From assembly GCA_052035645.1 (NCBI GenBank), contig JBPOHK010000109.1, forward strand, positions 798 through 64,797: a DNA stretch of 64,000 bases, given 5' to 3'. This DNA is from Pseudomonadota bacterium. Lineage in GTDB: Bacteria > Pseudomonadota > Gammaproteobacteria > Steroidobacterales > Steroidobacteraceae. Shown here one piece after another: positions 27,447 through 40,630 of this stretch. Position 1 is the stretch's first letter. Each line of letters opens with the position of its first letter. Position numbers and translations under genes: made by a program. The notes beneath the pieces are model-generated. The model ran no database searches and had not been told where the DNA came from. It saw only the letters and a list, made by a program, of their open reading frames with translations.

Positions 27447-29760
27447 CGGGCGGCGGCGGCGCGAGCACTTCGCGACTGCCGTTCGACTGCAGCGGGCCGA
27501 CCAGTCCCGCCGACTCCATCGCTTCGATCATGCGGGCGGCGCGGTTGTAGCCGATCTTGAGCCGGCGCTGGACGCCGGAGATGGAGGCCTTGCGGCTCTC
27601 GGTGACGATGCGCACGGCCTCGTCGTAGAGCGGGTCCTGCTCGGGGTCGCCGCCCTCGCCGCCCTCGCCGCCGGCACCTTCCTCGCCCGGCAGGCCCGGG
27701 ATCGGCGCCGACGGCCCGTCGAGCACCTCGTCGAGGTAGACCGGCGAGCTGTGCTCGCGCAGCGAGGCCGCCACCTTGTGCACCTCCTGGTCGGAGACGA
27801 AGGCGCCGTGCACGCGCACCGGGTGCGAGGTGCCGGGCTGCAGGAACAGCATGTCGCCGTGGCCGAGCAGGCTCTCGGCGCCGCTCTGGTCGAGGATCGT
27901 GCGCGAGTCCACCTTGGCCGAGACCTGGAACGCGATGCGCGTGGGGATGTTGGCCTTGATCAGGCCGGTGATCACGTCGACCGACGGGCGCTGCGTGGCG
28001 AGGATGAGGTGGATGCCCGAGGCGCGGGCCTTCTGCGCCAGGCGGGCGATCAGCTCCTCGACCTTCTTGCCGACGATCATCATCATGTCGGCAAGCTCGT
28101 CGACCACCACGACGATGTACGGCAGCGGCTCGAGGTCCGGCACCGTCGAGGGATCGCCGCCCGGCGGCAGCCGCTTCATCTCGAGCGGGTCCTTGATCGG
28201 CTTGCCGGCCTCGTTCGCGTCCGCCACCTTGCGGTTGTAGCCCGCGAGGTTGCGCACGCCGGCGTGCGCCATCAGCTGGTAGCGGCGCTCCATCTCGGCC
28301 ACGCACCAGCGCAGCGCGGTGGCCGCCTGCTTCATGTCCGTCACGACCGGCGCGAGCAGGTGCGGGATGCCCTCGTACACCGAGAGCTCGAGCATCTTCG
28401 GGTCGATCATGATCAGGCGGACCTGGTCCGGCGTGCTCTTGTAGAGCAGCGACAGCACCATGGCGTTGACCGCGGTGGACTTGCCCGACCCGGTCGTGCC
28501 GCCGACCAGCAGGTGCGGCATGCGCGCGAGGTCCGCGACCACCGGGCTGCCGCCGCTGTCCTTGCCCAGCACCAGCGCGAGCGGGGAGTTCAGGTCGTCG
28601 TAGGCGCGCGACTTGATGATCTCGCCGAGCGTGACCATCTCGCGGACCTCGTTCGGGATCTCGAGGCCCATGGTCGACTTGCCGGGGATGATCTCGACCA
28701 CGCGCACGCTGATCGCGGACAGCGCGCGGGCGAGGTCCTTGGCGAGGTTCGAGATCTGCGCGACCTTCACGCCCGGCGCGGGGCGCAGCTCGAAGCGCGT
28801 GATCACCGGGCCCGGGTGCACCTCGACCACCTCGGCCTCCACGCCGAAGTCGCGCAGTTTCAGCTCGACGAGGCGCGACATCGCCTCGAGCGCCTCGGCC
28901 GAGTAGCCGCCGGCGCGCGGCGGCGGGTCGTCGAGCAGCGAGAGCGCGGGCAGCGCGGTGAGGCCCGCCTTCTCGAACATCGGCACCTGCTTTTCCTTCT
29001 CGACGCGCTCGCTCTTCTCGACCTTCGGCGCGGGCGCCTCGATCTTCGGCGGCTTGCGCTCGGCCACCTTCTTCTGTTCCTCGCGCACGACTTCCTGCCG
29101 GGCCTGCTTCACTTCGCGGCCGGCCTGCACGTCCCGCGCCGTGGAGACGCGCTCGCGCACCCAGCCGATGGCCCACAGCACGCCGCGGCCGATGCGGTCC
29201 ATCACGTCGAGCCAGGACAGGCCGGTGCACAGCGAGACGGAGGCGAGCCACACGGCCAGCAGCAGCAGCGTGGCGCCGAGGAAGCTCATGAGCCGCGCGA
29301 GCTGGTCGCCCGCGAGCATGCCGAGCAGGCCGCCCGCCGAATTGGGCAGCGAACCGGGCGAGAAATGCAGCGTGGCGAGCCCGCAGCTGCTCGCGAGCGC
29401 GAGGAAGAAACCGAGCCCGCGCAGGACCGCCGTGCGCCGGTCCACCGGCTCAGGATTCCTGCGCTCCCGGAACAGCGTCCACCCGGCGAGGCCGAGCATC
29501 GCCGGGAACAGGAAGGCGGGACCGCCGAACAGCAGGAAGAACAGGTCCGAGAGGTGGGCGCCGAACGGCCCGATGAGGTTGGCTACCGGTCCGGGCTGAC
29601 CGGTCGAGGAGAACGACGGGTCCGCGCGGTCGTAGCTCGCGAGCGCGACGAACAGGATCAGCGCGAGGGCGCCGAAGATCCACAGCGCGCTCTCGCGCAG
29701 CCCGCGCTGTACGCCAGCCTGCATGCCCCCTGCGCCGCGCTTCGCCTCCGCTCTAGCCAC
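27436..29760 (-). CDS. ftsK: DNA translocase FtsK
   Basis: 774 aa with N-terminal TM helices, the Walker [10 protein letters not shown], and a C-terminal gamma winged helix ([20 protein letters not shown]). Confidence 0.95.
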   Translation of the reverse strand: MARAEAKRGAGGMQAGVQRGLRESALWIFGALALILFVALASYDRADPSFSSTGQPGPVANLIGPFGAHLSDLFFLLFGGPAFLFPAMLGLAGWTLFRERRNPEPVDRRTAVLRGLGFFLALASSCGLATLHFSPGSLPNSAGGLLGMLAGDQLARLMSFLGATLLLLAVWLASVSLCTGLSWLDVMDRIGRGVLWAIGWVRERVSTARDVQAGREVKQARQEVVREEQKKVAERKPPKIEAPAPKVEKSERVEKEKQVPMFEKAGLTALPALSLLDDPPPRAGGYSAEALEAMSRLVELKLRDFGVEAEVVEVHPGPVITRFELRPAPGVKVAQISNLAKDLARALSAISVRVVEIIPGKSTMGLEIPNEVREMVTLGEIIKSRAYDDLNSPLALVLGKDSGGSPVVADLARMPHLLVGGTTGSGKSTAVNAMVLSLLYKSTPDQVRLIMIDPKMLELSVYEGIPHLLAPVVTDMKQAATALRWCVAEMERRYQLMAHAGVRNLAGYNRKVADANEAGKPIKDPLEMKRLPPGGDPSTVPDLEPLPYIVVVVDELADMMMIVGKKVEELIARLAQKARASGIHLILATQRPSVDVITGLIKANIPTRIAFQVSAKVDSRTILDQSGAESLLGHGDMLFLQPGTSHPVRVHGAFVSDQEVHKVAASLREHSSPVYLDEVLDGPSAPIPGLPGEEGAGGEGGEGGDPEQDPLYDEAVRIVTESRKASISGVQRRLKIGYNRAARMIEAMESAGLVGPLQSNGSREVLAPPPPDAD

Positions 29761-29885
29761 CCGATATCACCTGAATGCTCAAGTCCTTCCCGTAACCGCA
29801 TGAGTCTACGAGGAATAGCGGCCCCGGGACAATGGCGCTCGTCGCCGGCAACAGGCCGGTCCGTCGCAAGGGCCTTGCGTCATGA

Positions 29886-30962
<1,077 letters not shown>

Positions 30963-30980
30963 CCGGCGCGGCGGGCCGCC

Positions 30981-32135
30981 ATGGCGCTCGAGGCGGAACT
31001 CGTCGGCGACATCCGCGCCCTGCCCGCCGCCGAGTGGGACGCGCTCGACGGCACGGGCCACCCGTTCCTGCGCCACGGCTTCCTCGCCGCACTGGAGGAC
31101 ACGGGCTGCGTCGGACCGGACAGCGGCTGGCTGCCCTGTCACCTCGCCGTGCGCGGCGACGACGGACGGCTGGTCGCCGCGGTGCCGCAGTACCTGAAGT
31201 CGCATTCGTGGGGCGAGTTCGTGTTCGACATGAGCTGGGCCCAGGCGTATGCACGCGCGGGCCTCGAGTACTACCCCAAGCTCCTCTCGGCCGTGCCGTT
31301 CACGCCGGTGACCGGCCCGCGCCTGCTGATGCGGCCGGCCGCCTCCGGCGACGAGCTGCGCGAATCGCTCGCGGAGCTGCTCGTCGACTCGGCGCGGTCG
31401 CAGGGGGCCTCGGGGGCGCACGTCAATTTCACCTGCGCCGAGGACCAGTCGGCGCTCGAGCGCCGCGGCTTCCTGCGCCGGCACGACTGCCGCTTCCTGT
31501 GGCGCAACGACGGCTACCGCGACTTCGACGACTTCCTCGACCGCTTCCGCGCCGACAAGCGCAAGAAGGCGCGGCGCGAGCGGCGCCGGGTCGCCGAATC
31601 CGGCGTCGAGTTCCGCACGCTGCGCGGCGAGGCCATGGACGAGGCGGCCTGGCGCACCGTGTTCGGCTTCTCGGAGCGAACGTTCCTGCGCCACGGCAAC
31701 GGGCACTACCTGAGCGCCGGCTTCCTGCGCACCGTCGCGCACGACGCGCCGGGTTCCGTGATGGTCAAGCTCGCGGAGCGCGCGGGCCGGCCCATCGCGG
31801 CAGCCATCTTCTTCGAGGGCGGCGGCTGGCTGTACGGCCGCTACTGGGGCTGCGAGCGGCCGGAGGACTCGCTGCACTTCGAAGCCTGCTACTACCAGGG
31901 CATCGAGTACTGCATCGAGCGCGGGCTCGCGGCCTTCGACCCGGGCACGCAGGGCGAGCACAAGATCGCGCGCGGCTTCGCGCCGACGCGCACCTGCTCG
32001 GCGCACTGGCTCGCGCACGACGGCTATCGCGACGCGATCGCCCGCTACCTCGCCCGCGAGCGCGAGGCGGTCGACGGGTACATCGCGGCCGCCGCGGACC
32101 ACCTGCCCTTTCATCGCGACGAGGCGCCGGAGTGA
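30981..32135 (+). CDS. FemAB-like / GNAT-fold protein (DUF482-type family)
   Basis: 384 aa. The blocks PFLRHGFLAALEDTG, YLKSHSWGEFVFD, YYPKL, PFTPVTGPR, DFDDFL..F...KRKKARRERR, YGRYWG, HFEACYYQGIEY and GTQGEHKIARGF match my memory of this family. Its stop overlaps the aat start (GTGA). Confidence 0.75.
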   Translation: MALEAELVGDIRALPAAEWDALDGTGHPFLRHGFLAALEDTGCVGPDSGWLPCHLAVRGDDGRLVAAVPQYLKSHSWGEFVFDMSWAQAYARAGLEYYPKLLSAVPFTPVTGPRLLMRPAASGDELRESLAELLVDSARSQGASGAHVNFTCAEDQSALERRGFLRRHDCRFLWRNDGYRDFDDFLDRFRADKRKKARRERRRVAESGVEFRTLRGEAMDEAAWRTVFGFSERTFLRHGNGHYLSAGFLRTVAHDAPGSVMVKLAERAGRPIAAAIFFEGGGWLYGRYWGCERPEDSLHFEACYYQGIEYCIERGLAAFDPGTQGEHKIARGFAPTRTCSAHWLAHDGYRDAIARYLAREREAVDGYIAAAADHLPFHRDEAPE

Positions 32136-32845
32136 TCCCCTGGCTGCGCCCGGACGACCCGCCCGATGCGTTTCCGCCGGTGACGGAGGCGCTGGACGAC
32201 CCGGACGGACTGCTCTGCGTCGGCGGCGACCTGGCGCCGGAGCGGCTGCTCGCCGCCTACCGGCGCGGGATCTTTCCGTGGTATTCGGAGGGCCAGCCCA
32301 TCCTGTGGTGGTCGCCCGATCCGCGCGCGGTGCTGCTCCCCGGCGAATTGCGCGTCTCGCGCAGCCTGGCCAAGACGGTCCGCAACCGCGGGTTCGCGGT
32401 CACGGTCGACGCGGACTTCGCGGGCGTGATGCGCGCCTGCGGCGACGCGGCCCTGCGGCCGGAGGGCACCTGGATCTCGCCGGACATGCTGCGCGCCTAC
32501 GCCCGGCTGCACGAACTGGGCCATGCCCACTCCATCGAGACGCGGCTGGACGGCCGCCTGGTCGGCGGGCTGTACGGGGTGGCCCTGGGCGGCGTGTTCT
32601 TCGGCGAATCGATGTTCAGCCTGGAGCGGGACGCTTCCAAGGTCGCCCTGCACCACCTCGTGCAGTGCATGCGCGAGCAGGGCGGGGTCCTGATCGACTG
32701 CCAGGTCACCAGCGCCCACCTCGAGAGTCTCGGCGCCCGGCGCATCCCGCGCAGCGAGTTCGTGGCCCGGCTGGCCGCCGCCATCCCGGACCTGCGGCCG
32801 GTGCCCGGGTGGCGGACGCCGTCCGCGACCGCTGTCGTCAAATAG
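32132..32845 (+). CDS. aat: leucyl/phenylalanyl-tRNA--protein transferase
   Basis: GTG 32132 is in frame with the end of the 29882..32845 track ORF. Contains [39 protein letters not shown] and IDCQ. Confidence 0.9.
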   Translation: MIPWLRPDDPPDAFPPVTEALDDPDGLLCVGGDLAPERLLAAYRRGIFPWYSEGQPILWWSPDPRAVLLPGELRVSRSLAKTVRNRGFAVTVDADFAGVMRACGDAALRPEGTWISPDMLRAYARLHELGHAHSIETRLDGRLVGGLYGVALGGVFFGESMFSLERDASKVALHHLVQCMREQGGVLIDCQVTSAHLESLGARRIPRSEFVARLAAAIPDLRPVPGWRTPSATAVVK

Positions 32846-32869
32846 CGACAAGCCGCAGGCGGCGTTGCG

Positions 32870-32898
32870 TTGCATTGGCGGGGGCCTTTATGCAGAAT
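32870..32898 (+). promoter_or_regulatory. possible sigma70-type promoter for infA
   Basis: TTGCAT (32870-32875), a 17-nt spacer, then CAGAAT (32893-32898), about 33 nt upstream of the infA ATG. Alternative: TTGCGT-N16-TTTATG. Pattern match only. Confidence 0.3.
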
Positions 32899-32930
32899 TC
32901 GCGCGGCCCGTGGGGCCGCAGCGAGGGTGC

Positions 32931-33149
32931 ATGGCGAAGGAAGAGGCAATCCAGATGGAAGGCAAGGTCGTCGAGACCCTGCCGAACACGACGTTCCGCG
33001 TGCAGTTGCAGAATGGCCACGTCGTGACTGCCCACATCTCGGGCAAGATGCGCAAGAACTACATCCGCATCCTCACGGGCGACTCCGTCACCGTCGAGAT
33101 GACGCCCTACGACCTCACCAAGGGCCGCATCGTCTACCGCGGTCGCTGA
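32931..33149 (+). CDS. infA: translation initiation factor IF-1
   Basis: 72 aa: [72 protein letters not shown]. Internal Met23 of the 94-aa track ORF. Confidence 0.97.
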   Translation: MAKEEAIQMEGKVVETLPNTTFRVQLQNGHVVTAHISGKMRKNYIRILTGDSVTVEMTPYDLTKGRIVYRGR

Positions 33150-33158
33150 CCCAGAGCA

Positions 33159-33210
33159 GGGGACATTCCTCGTTTTCGCCGCTCGTGCGGCGAAAAAGAG
33201 GAATGTCCCC
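33159..33210. repeat. long palindromic intergenic element, GGGGACA...TGTCCCC type (copy A)
   Basis: 24-nt arms GGGGACATTCCTCGTTTTCGCCGC / GCGGCGAAAAAGAGGAATGTCCCC with one mismatch and loop TCGT. Lies between the convergent infA and clpA. Shares termini and the internal T5/A5 layout with 41854-41929. Confidence 0.85.
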
Positions 33211-33228
33211 GATTACTCCCCGATTACT
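33207..33228. repeat. tandem 11-nt duplication CCCCGATTACT x2
   Basis: 33207-33217 and 33218-33228 are identical. The first copy overlaps the end of the palindrome. The clpA stop follows at 33231. Confidence 0.9.
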
Positions 33229-33230
33229 GA

Positions 33231-35504
<2,274 letters not shown>

Positions 35505-35509
35505 GTGAT

Positions 35510-35827
35510 TCAGGCCTCTTCCATCGTGCACAGCAGCGGGTGCTGCTGCTGGCGGGCGTAGGTGGTCACCTGGGCCACCTTGGTCTCGGCGATCTCGAAG
35601 GTATACACGCCGCAGACGCCCTTGCCGCGGGTGTGGACCTCGAGCATGACACGGGTGGCGGTCGTGCGGTCCATCCCGAAGATGTGCTCCAGGACGTCCA
35701 CCACGAACTCCATGGGCGTGTAGTCGTCGTTCAGCAGCACGACCTGGTAGAGGGGGGGCCGCTTGGTCTGCGGCAGCGCCTCCTCGACGATCAGGCCCTG
35801 GTTGCCCTGTGGTTGTTCCTCGCCCAT
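35510..35827 (-). CDS. clpS: ATP-dependent Clp protease adaptor ClpS (N-recognin)
   Basis: 105 aa starting at ATG 35827: MGEEQPQGN...[30 protein letters not shown]...[19 protein letters not shown]. Confidence 0.93.
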   Translation of the reverse strand: MGEEQPQGNQGLIVEEALPQTKRPPLYQVVLLNDDYTPMEFVVDVLEHIFGMDRTTATRVMLEVHTRGKGVCGVYTFEIAETKVAQVTTYARQQQHPLLCTMEEA

Positions 35828-35851
35828 GCCCGCCTGCCCTGCCTCCGGTCC

Positions 35852-35880
35852 TATATAGGGCCCTGCCGGGGCCCTGACAA
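35852..35880 (-). promoter_or_regulatory. putative sigma70 promoter of clpS-clpA
   Basis: On the minus strand: TTGTCA (complement of 35875-35880), a 17-nt spacer, then TATATA (35852-35857). It lies 24 nt upstream of the clpS ATG, with GGAGG in between. Confidence 0.5.
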
Positions 35881-36003
35881 GCTTACCCATCCGCAATTTG
35901 CGCAACGACCTTGAGGGGGCGTCGTGCAAGTCCGTATGATGCCGCAACCCTGGCCCCGGCTGGGGCGAACCGCCTTGCCCGACGGACACTTACGCGAGCC
36001 TGG

Positions 36004-36960
36004 ATGCCGTTTCCCAAGAACCTCAGCCGCATCGCCTCGATCGCCGGGGGCGCCACCACGGACGGGTGGGTCAGGAACCTGCCCTGGGTCGTGTCCGCCG
36101 CGCTCGTCGTCCTGCTCGCCTGGCAGCTGGTGCAGCTCGGCTGGACGCTGCTCGGGGCCCGCAAGGCGCCCGCCGTGGCGGCCACGGCGGCCCCGGTCCC
36201 GGTGGCCTCCGGACCGGCCGTCGACGTGCAGGCGATCGTCAACGCCCACCTCTTCGGGTCCGCCGCGGCGCCCGCCGATGCCGACCCGAATGCCGTGGCG
36301 GCCACCCAGATGAGCCTGGTGCTGGTCGGCACCATCGCCGAGTCGGACCCGGAGAAGGGTTACGCGATCATCGGCGAGAACGCCGCCATGGCGAAGGTCT
36401 ACGCCGTGGGCAAGACGATCACGGGTGGGACCAAGCTGCACTCGGTGTACCCGGACCGCGTCATCCTCGACCGCGGCGGTCGCCTCGAGGCGCTGCTGCT
36501 GCCGAAGCAGTTCACCGGGGGCATGGCCCCGCCGCCGCGCGCCGCCGGGATGTCGCCCTCGATCGGCGAGCGCCTGGCGCGGCTCGCCGCCGAGAACCCG
36601 GCGGCGATCACCGAGATCATGCGGCCTCAACCGGTCTTCGCGGCGGGCCAGCAGCGCGGCTACCGCGTCTACCCGGGCCGCAACCGCCAGCAGTTCGCCC
36701 GCCTGGGCCTGATGCCGGGCGACCTGGTGACGGCCGTCAACGGCACGCCGCTCGACGACCCGTCGCGCGGCATGGAAATCCTGCAGACCATGAACAGTGC
36801 GACGGACGTCACCATCACCGTCGAACGCAACGGCCAGAGTACCCAGATCAGCATCAACAACGCCCAGGTGGCCGCCGAGGCGGCGGCCGCGGCGGTCAGC
36901 CCAGAGAGCATCCCGGTCACCGAGGTGCCCGCGGTGCCCGACCAGGATCCTTCGGAGTGA
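36004..36960 (+). CDS. gspC: type II secretion system protein GspC
   Basis: ATG 36004 (MPFPKNLSRIASI). One TM helix (WVVSAALVVLLAWQLVQLGW), an HR domain and a C-terminal PDZ (GYRVYPGRNRQQFARLGLMPGDLVTAVNGTPL). Confidence 0.85.
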   Translation: MPFPKNLSRIASIAGGATTDGWVRNLPWVVSAALVVLLAWQLVQLGWTLLGARKAPAVAATAAPVPVASGPAVDVQAIVNAHLFGSAAAPADADPNAVAATQMSLVLVGTIAESDPEKGYAIIGENAAMAKVYAVGKTITGGTKLHSVYPDRVILDRGGRLEALLLPKQFTGGMAPPPRAAGMSPSIGERLARLAAENPAAITEIMRPQPVFAAGQQRGYRVYPGRNRQQFARLGLMPGDLVTAVNGTPLDDPSRGMEILQTMNSATDVTITVERNGQSTQISINNAQVAAEAAAAAVSPESIPVTEVPAVPDQDPSE

Positions 36961-36962
36961 CG

Positions 36963-39101
36963 ATGAAGCCCAAGCTGCCCAACCGGTTCGCCCCCGTCGT
37001 CGCCGGCCTCGTGCTCGCCGCGTTCTTCGCGCTCGGCGCTGCGAACGACGCCGGCGCCCAGGCGCAGGGGATGATCACGCCGAACTACAAGGATGCCGAC
37101 CTGAGCCAGATCATCGAGGCGGTCAGCGCGGTCACCGGCAAGAACTTCATCGTCGATCCGCGCGTCAAGGCGCAGGTCACGATGCTCTCCTCCACGCCGA
37201 TGACGCCCAACGCGTTCTACGAGGCCTTCCTCTCGATCCTGCAGGTCCACGGGTTCGTCGCGGTGCCCTCGGGCAGCGTCATCAAGATCCTCCCGGACGC
37301 CAACGCCCGCCAGCTGCCCGCCAACGACCTGCCGTCGCGGGTGAGCTCGACCTCCGACGAGATCGTCACGCAGGTCATCGCCGTGCGCAACGTGAGCGCC
37401 GCGCAGCTGGTGCCGATCCTGCGCCCGCTGATCCCGCAGTACGGCCACCTCGCGGCCTACCCGGCCTCGAACATGCTGATCATCTCGGACCGTGCCTCGA
37501 ACGTCTCGCGCATGGTGCGCATCATCCAGCGCATCGACTCGACCGGCGACGAGGCGATCGACGTCATCCCGATGCAGCACGCGAGCGCGGCCGAGGTCGT
37601 CCGCCTGGTGAACAGCCTGTACGCGGGCGGCGGCGGCGAGGGTGCCGGCGGGCCGACCTTCAAGGTCGTGGCCGACGAGCGCACCAACAGCGTGCTGGTG
37701 AGCGGCGAGGCCTCGCAGCGCCTGCGCCTCAAGACGCTGGTCACGCACCTCGACACGCCGCTGCAGTCGGGCGGCGACACGCAGGTGCGTTACCTGCGCT
37801 ATGCCGACGCCGAGAAGATCGCGCAGAAGCTGCGCGAGCAGATCCAGGGCATCGCCGCGGCCGCGACCTCGACCGGCGGCACGGCGGGGGCCGCACCGGT
37901 CATCGCCAGCTCCGGCGGCGACAAGAGCGTCAACATCTGGGCCGAGCCGCAGACCAACGCGCTGGTGGTGACCGCGCCGCCGAAGGTGATGCGCTCGGTG
38001 ATGTCGATCGTCGACCGCCTGGACATCCGCCGCGCGCAGGTGCTGGTGGAGGCGATCCTGGTGGAGATGACGGTCGACAAGGCCCGCGACCTGGGCGTCA
38101 ACTGGGTGGTCGGCGACCGCGACTCGGACGGCAACCTGCTGCCGGCGGGCGGCTTCATCAACCCCGTCGACGGCACGGGCATCGGCCAGATCCTGCAGGG
38201 CGTGCTCAACCCCGAGAGCGTCACCTCGCTGCCGAGCGGCCTGACCCTCGGCATGGGCCAGATCAGCGAGACCGGCTTCAGCTGGGCGGCGCTGGTGCGG
38301 GCCATCAGCGGCACCGGCAACACCAACATCATCGCGACGCCGTCGATCGTCACCCTCGACAACGAGGAGGCGGAGATCAAGATCGCGAAGGAAGTGCCGT
38401 TCATCACCGGCCAGTACACCAACACCGGCACCGGCGGCGGCACCGGCTCGGTCAACCCGTTCACGACCGTGCAGCGCGAGGAAGTGGGCAACATCCTCAA
38501 GATCACGCCGCAGATCAACGAGGGCGACTCGGTGATGCTCAAGATCGCGCAGGAGGCCTCGAGCATCGCGGCCAGCGCCGACCAGGTGAGCTCCACCGAC
38601 CTGATCACCAACAAGCGCACGATCTCGACCAAGGTGATGGTCGAGAACGGCGGCATCATCGTGCTGGGCGGACTGATCTCCGACGAAGTGCGCGAGAACA
38701 AGTCGCAGGTGCCGCTGCTCGGCTCCATCCCGCTGCTCGGCGAGCTGTTCAAGACGCGCAGCGTCAACAAGGTGAAGACCAACCTCATGGTGTTCATCCG
38801 CCCGCGCATCCTGCGCGACGGCGTCGACGCGGCGATCGAGTCGAACGCGAAGTACAACTACGCCCGCAAGCAGCAGATGGAGATGCACGACGGCCGAGTG
38901 CCGCTGATGTGGGGCGAGCACCAGCCGACGCTGCCGCCGCTCGAGCAACTGGTGCCGGCCGAACTGCTGAACCCGGCCCGCGAGGCGGCGCCTCCGGGCA
39001 CGACGCCCGCCGAGCGCGTGCAGGGCGCGCCCGCCGCGACCACGACCCCGGCGCCGGACGCGCCGCCGCCCCCCGCGAACGCCCCGGGCACGACGCCGTG
39101 A
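36963..39101 (+). CDS. gspD: type II secretion system secretin GspD
   Basis: 712 aa starting at ATG 36963. Has a signal peptide, N0-N3 domains (ITPNYKDADLSQIIEAVSAVTGKNFIVDP) and the secretin core (VPLLGSIPLLGELFK). Pro/Ala/Thr-rich tail. Confidence 0.93.
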   Translation: MKPKLPNRFAPVVAGLVLAAFFALGAANDAGAQAQGMITPNYKDADLSQIIEAVSAVTGKNFIVDPRVKAQVTMLSSTPMTPNAFYEAFLSILQVHGFVAVPSGSVIKILPDANARQLPANDLPSRVSSTSDEIVTQVIAVRNVSAAQLVPILRPLIPQYGHLAAYPASNMLIISDRASNVSRMVRIIQRIDSTGDEAIDVIPMQHASAAEVVRLVNSLYAGGGGEGAGGPTFKVVADERTNSVLVSGEASQRLRLKTLVTHLDTPLQSGGDTQVRYLRYADAEKIAQKLREQIQGIAAAATSTGGTAGAAPVIASSGGDKSVNIWAEPQTNALVVTAPPKVMRSVMSIVDRLDIRRAQVLVEAILVEMTVDKARDLGVNWVVGDRDSDGNLLPAGGFINPVDGTGIGQILQGVLNPESVTSLPSGLTLGMGQISETGFSWAALVRAISGTGNTNIIATPSIVTLDNEEAEIKIAKEVPFITGQYTNTGTGGGTGSVNPFTTVQREEVGNILKITPQINEGDSVMLKIAQEASSIAASADQVSSTDLITNKRTISTKVMVENGGIIVLGGLISDEVRENKSQVPLLGSIPLLGELFKTRSVNKVKTNLMVFIRPRILRDGVDAAIESNAKYNYARKQQMEMHDGRVPLMWGEHQPTLPPLEQLVPAELLNPAREAAPPGTTPAERVQGAPAATTTPAPDAPPPPANAPGTTP

Positions 39102-40621
39102 GCACGGCGGCCACCGACGAAGCCATCCTGGCGGCGGCGGGACGCGTCGCCGACCCGCTGCGCCCCCTGCCCTTCGCGTTCGCGAAGCGGCACGGCGTGC
39201 TGGTGCGCGAGGTGAAGGACGAACTGGCCACCGTGGTGGTGCGCGACGGCGCATCGCCGCTCGCGGTCGCCGAGGTCCGGCGCCACCTGCGCCGGCCGCT
39301 CGCGGTCGAGCGCGCGGACGCCGACCGCTTCGAGGCGCTGCTGCGCGAGGTCTACGAGGCCGGCTCGGGCACGACCATGGACGCCATGGGCGGCCTCGAG
39401 GAAGAGACGGACCTCAACAACCTCGCCCAGGACATCCCCGAACCCTCCGACCTGCTCGAGAGCGAGGACGAGGCGCCGGTCATCCGCCTGATCAACGCGC
39501 TGCTGACCCAGGCGGTCAAGGAGAACGCCTCGGACATCCACGTCGAGCCGTTCGAGAACCGGCTGGTGATCCGCTTCCGCGTCGACGGCGTGCTGCGCGA
39601 GGTCCTGCAGACCAAGCGCGCGGTCGCGCCGCTGATCGTCTCGCGCATCAAGGTCATGTCGCGCCTCGACATCGCCGAGAAGCGCCTGCCGCAGGACGGC
39701 CGCATCTCGCTGCGCATCGCGGGCCGCGCGGTCGACGTGCGCGTCTCGACCATCCCGGCGGGCCACGGCGAGCGCGTGGTGCTGCGACTGCTCGACAAGC
39801 AGGCGGGCCGCCTCGACCTCCATTCGCTCGGCATGGACCCGACCACGCAGGGCCTGGTCGACGAACTGATCCACAAGCCGAACGGCATCCTGCTGGTCAC
39901 GGGCCCGACCGGGTCCGGCAAGACCACGACGCTGTATGCCGCGCTCGACCGCGTCAACGACCGCACGCGCAACATCATGACGGTCGAGGATCCGATCGAG
40001 TACTACATCGACGGCATCGGCCAGACGCAGGTCAACACCCGCGTCGAGATGACCTTCGCCCGCGGCCTGCGCGCCATCCTGCGCCAGGACCCGGACGTGG
40101 TGATGGTCGGCGAAATCCGCGACCTCGAGACCGCGCAGATCGCGGTGCAGGCCTCGCTGACCGGCCACCTCGTGCTCTCGACCCTGCACACGAACACCGC
40201 GGTCGGCGCGGTGACGCGACTGCGGGACATGGGCATCGAACCCTTCCTGCTCTCCTCCAGCCTGATCGGCGTGATCGCCCAGCGCCTGGTGCGCGTGCTG
40301 AACCCGGCCACGCGCGAGGCGTACACGGCCGGCGAGTACGAGCGCCGCCTGCTGAACCTGCCGGACGACGCGCCCTCGCCCACGCTCTACCGCCCCAACC
40401 CGCGCGACCCCACCGGCGGCTACCGGGGACGCACCGGCATCTACGAGCTCGTGCTGATCGACGAGCACGTGCGCACGATGATCCACGACGGCGCCTCCGA
40501 ACTCGAGCTCGAGCGCTACGTGCGCACGCGCACGCCCGGCATCCGCGACGACGGCCGCGCCAAGGTGCTCTCCGGCGTGACGACGATCGAGGAAGTGCTC
40601 AAGGTCACCCGCGAGGACTGA
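39098..40621 (+). CDS. gspE: type II secretion system ATPase GspE
   Basis: GTG 39098 overlaps the gspD stop (GTGA). Contains APVIRLINALL, the Walker A GPTGSGKTTT and GEIRDLETA. Confidence 0.93.
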   Translation: MSTAATDEAILAAAGRVADPLRPLPFAFAKRHGVLVREVKDELATVVVRDGASPLAVAEVRRHLRRPLAVERADADRFEALLREVYEAGSGTTMDAMGGLEEETDLNNLAQDIPEPSDLLESEDEAPVIRLINALLTQAVKENASDIHVEPFENRLVIRFRVDGVLREVLQTKRAVAPLIVSRIKVMSRLDIAEKRLPQDGRISLRIAGRAVDVRVSTIPAGHGERVVLRLLDKQAGRLDLHSLGMDPTTQGLVDELIHKPNGILLVTGPTGSGKTTTLYAALDRVNDRTRNIMTVEDPIEYYIDGIGQTQVNTRVEMTFARGLRAILRQDPDVVMVGEIRDLETAQIAVQASLTGHLVLSTLHTNTAVGAVTRLRDMGIEPFLLSSSLIGVIAQRLVRVLNPATREAYTAGEYERRLLNLPDDAPSPTLYRPNPRDPTGGYRGRTGIYELVLIDEHVRTMIHDGASELELERYVRTRTPGIRDDGRAKVLSGVTTIEEVLKVTRED

Positions 40622-40630
40622 CGCAGCACC

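Noticed and set aside
33159-33210. Interpreting the GGGGACA...TGTCCCC palindromes simply as bidirectional intrinsic terminators
   Set aside because: On both strands the T run lies upstream of the GC hairpin and the A run downstream, the opposite of a rho-independent terminator. Termination by the long stem cannot be excluded, but the shared termini suggest a repeat family.
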